Of a stretch of DNA of 64,000 nucleotides, positions 38,600-46,994 are shown piece after piece. Each line of letters opens with the position of its first letter. The stretch's first letter is position 1. The stretch comes from Candidatus Hydrogenedentota bacterium (GTDB taxonomy: Bacteria; Hydrogenedentota; Hydrogenedentia; Hydrogenedentales; SLHB01). A model generated the notes under the pieces. The model was not told where the DNA came from and did not search any database. It was given only the letters and a program-made list of their open reading frames with translations. Made by a program: the position numbers and the translations under genes. The stretch covers positions 288,001 to 352,000 of the forward strand of contig CAXXTH010000023.1 in the NCBI GenBank assembly GCA_963668025.2. Direction: 5' to 3'.

Positions 38600-39895
38600 A
38601 TGATGATGGCGAGAAAAGATGGGCGGCTGGCCTGGATAGTCTTGATTGCAGTGTTGCCGCTTGCTTTTGCATTCTGCAAAACCGCGCTGGCGGCAAGCCT
38701 CTCGGACTTTCCCATCGGCCATCTTATGGTGACGGTGAGGGACGACGGCCTGATGAACGTGGAGGCCCGCTGTGTTCCCACCAAGGACATCATCAACGAA
38801 ATCGCCAAGAAAACGGGCAAGACCGTCATCTATGACTGTGACGTCAAGACCTACGGGTCCGCCTACCGGCCCGTGGATCAATGGAGAGCTCCTGAGTGGT
38901 GGGCGTCCAATGAAAACACGGCTCCGGGCGTTAGTATCATAGAGGATGGAAATGTCTGGCACGTCAAGGCTTCATACTCCACGGAATCCAAGGAATACAA
39001 TGCGGCCCTGACGGAAGCGCAGATCGTCGAATCATGCACGACTTCGATTCATCCGGTGAAATTAACGGAAGCTACAGAAGGCACTTTGGATACGGGCATC
39101 CTCATCTATAATGGCCATTATGTTCCGGGTCCGTACAAAGTAGAGACCACTGCGGATGATTCCGGCCGGATGAACGTCGAGATCAATGGTTTGGTTGTGG
39201 CGTCGCTTGACACGACTCCGCCAGAATCACCAGGACCACCGCCCAGCCTACCGGATTCTGGACAATTTGAAGATAAGGGAAGTTTGTTGAACTATCTGAG
39301 TGATGTGCTCTTGCCGCAAATGGTGGATGAGTACGGGCCAGATGATGCGCGGCAGAAAATATGCGATTTCCTTGAAACCCAGTCTATCGTGGGACGTATT
39401 CTTACTCCCGAGGAGTCCTCCGATTACCCGTATCCGGATAATATATGGATTGAATTTGCGGATCATCCTGGAGCGCCATTAAATGCTATCGCGGGCGGAA
39501 TCGACATGCAGACCGGTAGGCATATTGTGGACGATGTGCCCATGTCGTCTTCTACCGTCGACGAAAATATACAGAGTCTACTACGTGAATATAATATGCA
39601 TATGAGCAAGTTTGGAGTGCTAATATACGGTGATAATCACGGCTATATTGGCATTTCGAATTTGGATAACCTTAAACGTTTTTCTGACGCGGTGGCGAGT
39701 GAAAACACAATGTCCATCCCGCAAACGGAGTGTCTTATTTCTGAAGTTATCGGTATTCGCTTTGTCGCGCGTAGTCTGGCGGTGAACCTACGCGAGAATG
39801 CGGATGCGCTTGTTAGCCGGTTGCAGAGGATGCTTTCGGAGCGGGAGGAAGAGCGTATAAAGGCGAGAGCCATACAGGCAGCGCCACAACAGTGA
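38600..39895 (+). CDS. Secreted hypothetical protein, copy 3
   Basis: Paralog, 431 aa. Confidence 0.85.
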   Translation: MMMARKDGRLAWIVLIAVLPLAFAFCKTALAASLSDFPIGHLMVTVRDDGLMNVEARCVPTKDIINEIAKKTGKTVIYDCDVKTYGSAYRPVDQWRAPEWWASNENTAPGVSIIEDGNVWHVKASYSTESKEYNAALTEAQIVESCTTSIHPVKLTEATEGTLDTGILIYNGHYVPGPYKVETTADDSGRMNVEINGLVVASLDTTPPESPGPPPSLPDSGQFEDKGSLLNYLSDVLLPQMVDEYGPDDARQKICDFLETQSIVGRILTPEESSDYPYPDNIWIEFADHPGAPLNAIAGGIDMQTGRHIVDDVPMSSSTVDENIQSLLREYNMHMSKFGVLIYGDNHGYIGISNLDNLKRFSDAVASENTMSIPQTECLISEVIGIRFVARSLAVNLRENADALVSRLQRMLSEREEERIKARAIQAAPQQ

Positions 39896-40162
39896 ATCTC
39901 GATAGAAAAGACAAAGCAAGGCCATGAATTACGATTATATATCCGTATATGCCAGTTTATTATGGATACATCCATGCATGTTTAGCGGCCACTTTAGGGA
40001 CGGTTCAGCCTTGCATGCTTGCGCTCATGCGTTATGCGCTGAGATACGCTGCAAACTCTTGGTGTCTTCGAGTCTTTGTGGTGAAAGCTCCGGAAAGATT
40101 CCCCACAAAGCCACAAAGGCACAAAGAGGCTCTCAAGAATTCCGACTGATGTACTAAATACA

Positions 40163-41689
40163 TCACTTGGATTCGGATGCAGTTTTCACTTGTAATTGTT
40201 GAAGCCGTACGGGCTGTTCGCCGACGGCTTCCAGCGAGAGGGCTCCATTGGTGTAGTCATAGGCGCGTCCCGTGAAACCAAAGGAGTCATTGATAATGCA
40301 TTCCACGCAGGTGCCCAACACAAACAATTTGATGTCTATTGGCTGTGCAAGGTCTGGCTGCCATGAGGTTTTCTTAAACTGATAGCCTTTGCACACGAGT
40401 CCGATCTGATGGCTGGGCAGATCGATGTCTATCGTATACCCGCTATCGGATTCTTCCTTGTTTTTGCGGAAATGTATTTTCAGATGTTGCTGGCTATTTT
40501 TCATGTCGGCCACACCGTGTAGGAAATAGTTTTTAGGGGTATCGAAGAACAGTTCCTGGCCTTTTCCAGCCTCGATGTTCTGCTGGTCGAGTTCCACATG
40601 GTCAAAGTAATCGAGGATTTCTTTAGGAAAACGTTCGAGCAATTGGCCATCCGAACCGAAGTGGATCTCGCGGGGCAGGGATAATATGCCAGGCCCGTTT
40701 ACCGGCGCGGCGTCGGTATAATCCAGTGTGGGGTTCTTTGGATCTTTGAGCGTATTTATCCAGGCATACAGTAAATAGCGTTTTCCGTCATACATCCCTT
40801 TGGGGACGGCGAAAAGGCCATGATCGTAAGCCTGCCGGGTAAATGGCCCTTCGATGGATTTCGACCGGGAATAGGACATATGCTGGATCAGATACCACTC
40901 GTTCTGATGGCGCATCATATAGGGACAATCACCCCCCACCAGGCCTGGAAGGGGAGGTTCTGCTTTCCATTGGCGCAGGTCTTCGGACGTATAATGTCCA
41001 AACACGCCATGCGGTTCTTGGGCTGTAAATGTATGCAAGAGCATCGAGTACTTGTTCAAGTCCGGATTCCAAAAGACTTCCGAGTCGCGGAATCCTTGGG
41101 GGCCATCCGGGGGGAGAGAGGCTGGCCAGGGGCCATTAATCGAGGTGTTGTAATAGATTTCCCCATCTGGATACAAGATGAACGTGGGGTCTTTTTCCCA
41201 GGTAATAAGGTCTTTGCTCGTGGCTAACATCACTTTTTGAGTGGATACCGGGTCCTCGACTCCATATCCGGTGTAGAAACAATAGAAGAGGCCGTCTTTT
41301 TCGATGATGCTTCCCGTCCAGCAACCGGAGCCATCGGGAGCTTTGGGATCGGGCGGGGGGAGCAAGGCGTCCGGCAGCTCTTTCCAATGGATGAGGTCCG
41401 TAGAGGATATATGCGCCCAAGCCAATTGTTTTACCGGGCCGCGCGGTGCTAGAAAGAAAATGTGGTATTCGCCTTTCCCATAAAAACAGATGGTGTCACC
41501 GAGGAATTTTTCCTGAGGCCAATAATGGAGCGCCGTGTATTCCTCAAACGAATTAAGATCTCTAGGCTGTTTCACTTCATTCATTTCAATTGACTCCGCT
41601 GCTACGCCGGGATGGCAGACAAGCAAGAATAGGATAAGCGTGCTAATGACTTGGATACGTATGGATTTGGGGCTGATAAACGCCATCAT
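40163..41689 (-). CDS. Glycoside hydrolase family 32-like (five-bladed beta-propeller), exported
   Basis: YHIFFL, WAHISSTDLIHW, GCWTGSI, FRDSEV, GDCP, LSLPRE, VECIIND; signal peptide. Confidence 0.8.
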   Translation of the reverse strand: MMAFISPKSIRIQVISTLILFLLVCHPGVAAESIEMNEVKQPRDLNSFEEYTALHYWPQEKFLGDTICFYGKGEYHIFFLAPRGPVKQLAWAHISSTDLIHWKELPDALLPPPDPKAPDGSGCWTGSIIEKDGLFYCFYTGYGVEDPVSTQKVMLATSKDLITWEKDPTFILYPDGEIYYNTSINGPWPASLPPDGPQGFRDSEVFWNPDLNKYSMLLHTFTAQEPHGVFGHYTSEDLRQWKAEPPLPGLVGGDCPYMMRHQNEWYLIQHMSYSRSKSIEGPFTRQAYDHGLFAVPKGMYDGKRYLLYAWINTLKDPKNPTLDYTDAAPVNGPGILSLPREIHFGSDGQLLERFPKEILDYFDHVELDQQNIEAGKGQELFFDTPKNYFLHGVADMKNSQQHLKIHFRKNKEESDSGYTIDIDLPSHQIGLVCKGYQFKKTSWQPDLAQPIDIKLFVLGTCVECIINDSFGFTGRAYDYTNGALSLEAVGEQPVRLQQLQVKTASESK

Positions 41690-41961
41690 ATATTCTCCTC
41701 GATATGGAACGCTGCGTTATCGGTCATGTTGACAAGCACTACGGAAGCACGAGTTCCCAGAAGAAACCCCCTTTTCTTGCTTATTGTATATATTATATAT
41801 ACATACCAAATCAAGCTCAGAGGCTATTGGCGTTCTGATTCCACCGGCTTATCCCCTCGAATGAATGGAAACACCCTTGCCTTGCCCAAATGGCATGGTA
41901 GGTTTATGCTGGTTTCGTGGAAGGCATCAACGGGAGCGGCAATGCCAGGAGGCCCAGTAAT

Positions 41962-42984
41962 ATGGACAGGCGGAAGTTTTTGAAAACGGCCACAGCCGTG
42001 GCGGTGGCTGGAGGCATCGAGATGGCTGCGAGTGAATCCAGTCCGGTGCGTAAAATCATGACGGTTCGTGGGGAGATCGATGCAACCGCACTAGGGGTGA
42101 TGTTACCGCATGAGCATCTGCTGGTGGATTTCATTGGAGCGGATAGAGTTTCCCGGGAGCGATATGAAGCGGATACGGTGTTCGAGGCCGTGCTTCCTTA
42201 TGTGCAACAAGCAAAAAAACTGGGGCTTGGCGCACTTGCGGAATGTACGCCGGATGGCATAGGCCGGGATGCCGCGTTGATGAAACGCATTTCCGTGGCT
42301 TCTGGCGTGCATATCCTAACCAATACCGGTTGCTACAATGCGTCGGATGGAAAATACCTGCCTGCATACGCCCGGGAGGAATCCGCCGATACACTAGCGG
42401 CCCGTTGGATTTTGGAATGGACGAAGGGCATCGAAGATACGGGCATCCGGCCCGGATTCATCAAAATCGGCGTGAATGGCGCACCACTGTCCGCTATGGA
42501 TCAGAAACTTGTCCGGGCCGCCGCCCAAACGCACCTGGCTACGGGTTTGGTTATTGCTTCCCATACTTCCTCCGGCTCTGCGGCATTGGAGGAACTCGCC
42601 ATTCTGCGGGAAGAGGGTGTCGATGGTTCCGCGTTTATATGGGTCCATGCCCAAGCGGAACCGGACACGAAATGCCACAGGCGTGTGGCGGAGCAACGGG
42701 CTTGGCTGGAATTTGATGGAATATCTTGCGAAACCATCGCCGCGCATGTTACGCTAGTGAAAGAAAACGTATACTATGGCTTTTTAGGGCGTATTCTCGT
42801 ATCTCATGATGCGGGGTGGTATGCCGTGGGAGAACCGGGCGGGGGAGCTTTCCGGCCCTTTGATGCCTTGTTCACCACATTTTTACCTTCGTTGAGGGAA
42901 GCAGGCTTTTCGGATTCCGATATTCAGCGAGTCACGAGGGACAATCCGCACGAGGCGTTCGCGATTCGGAAACGAACGGTGTAA
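41962..42984 (+). CDS. Phosphotriesterase-like lactonase family protein with Tat signal
   Basis: RBS AGGAGG; MDRRKFLK Tat motif; LPHEHL, GFIKIG, ASHT, WVHA and VSHDAGW metal-binding motifs. Confidence 0.9.
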   Translation: MDRRKFLKTATAVAVAGGIEMAASESSPVRKIMTVRGEIDATALGVMLPHEHLLVDFIGADRVSRERYEADTVFEAVLPYVQQAKKLGLGALAECTPDGIGRDAALMKRISVASGVHILTNTGCYNASDGKYLPAYAREESADTLAARWILEWTKGIEDTGIRPGFIKIGVNGAPLSAMDQKLVRAAAQTHLATGLVIASHTSSGSAALEELAILREEGVDGSAFIWVHAQAEPDTKCHRRVAEQRAWLEFDGISCETIAAHVTLVKENVYYGFLGRILVSHDAGWYAVGEPGGGAFRPFDALFTTFLPSLREAGFSDSDIQRVTRDNPHEAFAIRKRTV

Positions 42985-43020
42985 GCATTCGGTTGTACGA
43001 GCCGAAGACAGGAGGAGCGT

Positions 43021-44151
43021 ATGGAGAACACCCGGGAGCTGTTTCGGGGCATTTATGATTTTGAAATCCGGGATCGGTTCTGCCTGTACGAAGCGGGGTT
43101 TTGGGACGAGACCTACGCGCGCTGGCGCGCCGAAGGGCTGCCGGATGTGGAGCTGGCTCCCATATTCGGACTCGGCGAGAGCGCAAAGAATGTTAATACG
43201 GAGCTTAATGTCTTAGGCCCCTGCTATTTACCCATCAATTACCATCCCATTCCCAGTTACGAAGGCGTGGTCGAGGAAAACGAGGCGGAAGGTACGCGCA
43301 TTGTCCGCGACGCCTGGGGCACATTGCAGCGGTGTTCGACTAAAGGCGCTTCGCTGCCGCAATACCTGGACTGGCCGGTAAAGACTATCGCCGACTGGGA
43401 GGCATACAAGACGCGCTTTGATGGCCCCGCCGAGGAGCGCCTGCCCCAGCCTTGGCCGGATTATGCCCGGCGTATCCGTGAACAGCAATATGGCTTGGTC
43501 ATGCCGCATGTGATCGGCATGTTCGCTTTTCCGCGCGAGATCTTGGGCGTCGAGAATTTACTGATGCTGTTCTGCACGGACCCGGAACTCATCGAGCGCA
43601 TGCTGGACGACCGGCTCGAGTTCATCTTCCGGGTATACGAGCAGCCCATCCGAGACACGAATCCGGATTTGGCATTTATCTGGGAGGATATGTCGTTCAA
43701 GAATGGCCCGCTCATCTCGCCGGAAATGTGTGAGGCGTACCTGTTGCCGCGATACAAGAAGCTGGTGGGATTTTTCCACGACCTTGGCATCCGGCGCATC
43801 GTAGTGGACAGCGACGGCGATGTCAGCAGCCTGATCCCCATCTGGCATGAAGCCGGGATCAACGGCATGATGCCGTTCGAGGTGCGTGCAGGCAACGATG
43901 TCGGGCAACTGGCCAAGCAATGGCCCGATATGATCTTCTTTGGGGGTATCGACAAGCACGAGATCGCCAAAGGCGGCCCTGAAGCGGATGCGGAACTGGC
44001 AAGGCGGCTGGACAGTGTGTATGGCCGGGGCGGCTACATCGGCGGGCTGGACCACTGGGTTCCACCGGACATCTCATTGCATGATTATATGCACTACCGT
44101 GACCGGTTGCTGGCGTATCGCGGGCCTGGGAACGCTATAGGGCCTAGATAA
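43021..44151 (+). CDS. Uroporphyrinogen decarboxylase / MtaA-CmuA family protein
   Basis: WEDM.FKNGPLISP, DSDG, GGIDK, GGYI...DH.VPPD. Confidence 0.85.
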   Translation: MENTRELFRGIYDFEIRDRFCLYEAGFWDETYARWRAEGLPDVELAPIFGLGESAKNVNTELNVLGPCYLPINYHPIPSYEGVVEENEAEGTRIVRDAWGTLQRCSTKGASLPQYLDWPVKTIADWEAYKTRFDGPAEERLPQPWPDYARRIREQQYGLVMPHVIGMFAFPREILGVENLLMLFCTDPELIERMLDDRLEFIFRVYEQPIRDTNPDLAFIWEDMSFKNGPLISPEMCEAYLLPRYKKLVGFFHDLGIRRIVVDSDGDVSSLIPIWHEAGINGMMPFEVRAGNDVGQLAKQWPDMIFFGGIDKHEIAKGGPEADAELARRLDSVYGRGGYIGGLDHWVPPDISLHDYMHYRDRLLAYRGPGNAIGPR

Positions 44152-44159
44152 GAATTATT

Positions 44160-44238
44160 CTCACGCAAAGGCGCAAAGGGGGGGGGGAGCATGACGAGGT
44201 TTCTTTGCGCCTTTGCGCCTTTGCGTGCGCTAAAAAAA
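44160..44238. repeat. REP-like hairpin element (CACGCAAAGGCGCAAAG...CTTTGCGCCTTTGCGTG)
   Basis: The same element recurs at 46152, 46446 and 46740. Confidence 0.85.
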
Positions 44239-44323
44239 CCGGCCAATCCCTGTACATCATCAAGACGCCACCTTACTCTGGCAAACGGAATTTTAGTAAC
44301 ACGTTAGTCCAGTGGTGAAGAAT

Positions 44324-44392
44324 GACCGGCGAGGGCGCCGGTCCCACAATTTGGTTGCATTAAAAAGTGTGGGACCGACGCCCTCGTCGGTC
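44324..44392. repeat. Inverted pair of REP-type palindromes
   Basis: GACCGGCGAGGGCGCCGGTCCCACA ... TGTGGGACCGACGCCCTCGTCGGTC; each arm is itself a hairpin. Confidence 0.75.
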
Positions 44393-44510
44393 TTCAGATG
44401 CAAAATAATGTATCAATACCGGCGCGACTATAAACAAAGCTTCCAAATATAATATGCTACTTCAATCGGATAAAGTGTTACGAATTTTACCGGTACAGGA
44501 AGGGCAAGCC

Positions 44511-46143
44511 ATGCAATTACGCGTTGCATCCATGCTGGCGGCCGTGGCGGCGGCCGGGCTTTTGGTGTTCTTGGTCTGTAATCCGCTTGAAACCTTGCAA
44601 GCCGCGCAAGTTACGGCTTCGCCAGAGACGCACGAGGGAACCTGGATCACGGGCCAGGTGACGGATACATCGGGTAAAGTGCTCGAGGGAGTCTGGGTGG
44701 AACTCGCCAGTTCCGAGGGCGTGCAAGCCTCTATCCCTGTCCAGTGCGATCCTGAAGGCCGGTTCAGCATTCATGATGTCGCCCCTGGGAGATATCTGTT
44801 CTATGTGTCTTGCATGCAAGACACCACCTTGTACCGGCTGCCTGCCCAAAACCGTGCCTGTACGTTGCGGGAAAACGAGCCTATCGAGAACGTAAACGTG
44901 CGCATTCCCAATCCGGAAAAGAGCGTTATCGCAGGGAATGTGAAGGACTCTATATCCGACGCCCCCCATCGAAGGCGTCCAAGTGGCGCTCGTAGGCGGT
45001 TCCAACGGGATATTCGCGAAAACCACCACCAATGCCAAGGGCGATTTTCGGTTGATGGGTCTGCCGGAGGGCAAACTCGCGTTAAGCTTCACCCACGAGG
45101 AATACCAGGAGGGCCATCTCACGGGGTTACAGCCTAGCAACAAAAAGCTGCAAGTACATGTGATCAAACTGGGTAGTATCTCGGGGCAGGTGTGCAAAAG
45201 TTACTCCAAGAAACCTCTCGACGATTTTCATTCGTGCGTGCTGGAATCAACTCGAAACGATGGCGCGGATGGTTCAACGGGCATACCCAAATGTGACTTG
45301 GGGGAGGGGCGTTTTCAGATCACCCATCTAGAGCCCGGCGTGGCGAAGATATCCGTTGCGTCATTTGGTTATGAGGCCCAGGAACTGCCGGACATCCCGA
45401 TAACCTCCGGCGAAGACACCGACATAGGCACTATCTACCTGGATGGATTTGGACGCATCGAAGGTTATGTCACCATGAATGGAATTCCGCTCAAGGATGA
45501 TGCGGTAAAAGACGGAATACCTCAAGCGAAGCATGTGAAGGTCTCGATAAAGCAGCTTGATCCCGAAGGCGGCGAGCGAGATTCTAGTGCAACGCCTATA
45601 ACATTAGCCGATGGGTCTTTTCAGGTGGAGCATGTGCCTGCTGGATTATATGTGGTTTCAGCGGCATACAAGCACTCGACGTCTCTATTAAAAAACTATA
45701 TTTCTGTTAATGTTACGCCGGGAGAAACGGTTCGGGCGAACCTGGAACTCATGGGCTCATGTGGCATAAGGGGGGTCTTCACCAAAGCACATGAGTTTTC
45801 GTATATCGTCCGAGTCTATGAGGCGGGCAAAGCACCTTCTACTCTTATAGCTAATAGCGACGATGGTTGCCCAGATGCAGGACTCTTCGCTAGAGCTTGG
45901 TGTCCCTCCGGCGGAGACGAGTACGAGATCTTGAATCTGCAGCCAGGGGACTACGATGTACTCGGTTTTTGCAGTTCTGGGATTGGAGGTGTTTTGGATC
46001 CAGAACCGATTTGCCAGCGCGTGACTCTGCGGGCTGGACAAATTGCCGAATTGGATTTCGATTTTTCGTCTGCGGTACCTGCAATTCGAACCGAGGAGGA
46101 AACTGGAAGAGTAATATCAATTAATGGTATCCCGGTTAATTGA
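44511..46143 (+). CDS. Carboxypeptidase regulatory-like (CarboxypepD_reg) repeat protein; one frameshift in a C6 run at 44962-44967
   Basis: Repeated I.G.V.D..G.P..G..V and G.F.I..L.PG.Y units; removing one C fuses the 44454 and 44983 ORFs (SDAPIEGVQVALVGG). Confidence 0.75.
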
Positions 46144-46244
46144 TGCGAAAAGAATTTCTCACGCAAAGGCGCTAAGGCGCAAAGGGGGGAGCATGACGAG
46201 GTTTCTTTGCGCCTTAGCGCCTTTGCGTGAGCTAAAAAAGCCGC

Positions 46245-46469
46245 GAGGAAGGTTTCCGCGCCGACCTTATCGTCGAAGATACGCTCAACATTGAACTAAA
46301 GTCCGTGGAAAAGATCGCGCCGGTCCATGCCAAACAACTCCTCACCTATCTCCGTTTGACGGATAAACGGCTTGGACTGCTGGTGAATTTCGGGGCAGAG
46401 CTAATCAAGGATGGGATCAAGCGGGTGGTGAATGGATTGCAGGAGGAATTTCTCACGCAAAGGCGCTAA
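46245..46469 (+). pseudogene. C-terminal half of a GxxExxY (PD-(D/E)XK-like) protein, copy 1
   Basis: EEGFRADLIVEDTLNIELKSVEKIAPVHAKQLLTYLRLTDKRLGLLVNFG...; no start codon or N-terminal GxxExxY part. Confidence 0.85.
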
Positions 46470-46538
46470 GGCGCAAAGGGGGGAACATGACGAGGTTTCT
46501 TTGCGCCTTTGCGCCTTTGCGTGAGCTAAAAAAGCCGC

Positions 46539-46778
46539 GAGGAAGGTTTCCGCGCCGACCTCATCGTCGAAGATACGCTCATCATTGAACTGAAGTCCGT
46601 GGAAAAAATCGCGCCGGTCCATGCCAAACAACTCCTCACCTATCTCCGTTTGACGGATAAACGGCTTGGACTGCTGGTGAATTTCGGAGAAGAGCTTATC
46701 AAGGACGGGATACAGCGGGTGGTGAATGGATTGCAGGAGGAATTTCCCACGCAAAGGCGCGCGAAGAAGATAGCATGA
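46539..46778 (+). pseudogene. C-terminal half of a GxxExxY protein, copy 2
   Basis: Near-identical to copy 1 (FRADLIVEDTLIIELKSVE). Confidence 0.85.
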
Positions 46779-46872
46779 CGAGGTTTCTTTGCGGCTTGCG
46801 TGAGTCAATTCTAGTAATCGACATTACGTTCATTTGAGGTTATATTCCCTGGTTGAATGGAGAAAAGAATAC

Positions 46873-46901
46873 TTGTCAGAATAGAAAACGTTTGCTATTC
46901 T
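46873..46901 (+). promoter_or_regulatory. Putative sigma70 promoter
   Basis: TTGTCA-N17-TATTCT about 95 nt upstream of ATG 46995. Confidence 0.5.
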
Positions 46902-46994
46902 AGTTCCACCATCCACTTGAACGGGCATTCTCTTGGGGGGCGCTGTATCGCCATCCGAGGGCAGGCTAGATCGCACAAAGAAGGATGCTGCATC

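Larger units (their letters stand above)
35106..40141 (+). repeat. Tandem triplication of a ~1.64-kb unit (hairpin element + promoter region + 431-aa gene) plus a terminal fourth hairpin
   Basis: Gene starts at 35317, 36953 and 38600 (periods 1636 and 1647); near-identical upstream regions; hairpin at 35126, 36762, 38409 and 40056. Confidence 0.95.
46152..46805 (+). repeat. Tandem 294-bp unit (hairpin + GxxExxY 3' fragment), two copies plus a degenerate third hairpin
   Basis: GAATTTC(T/C)CACGCAAAGG at 46152, 46446 and 46740. Confidence 0.9.

Noticed and set aside
35102-38962. Repeated minus-strand ~100-aa ORFs (35102, 36738, 38412)
   Set aside because: Antisense to the promoter and 5' ends of the tandem genes; they recur only because the DNA is triplicated.
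35126-40128. Regularly recurring palindromes as a possible CRISPR array
   Set aside because: Spacing is about 1.64 kb with paralogous genes between; no cas genes.
46152-46805. Possible CRISPR or IS element
   Set aside because: The intervening sequences are near-identical GxxExxY fragments, not unique spacers; no transposase or terminal inverted repeats seen.
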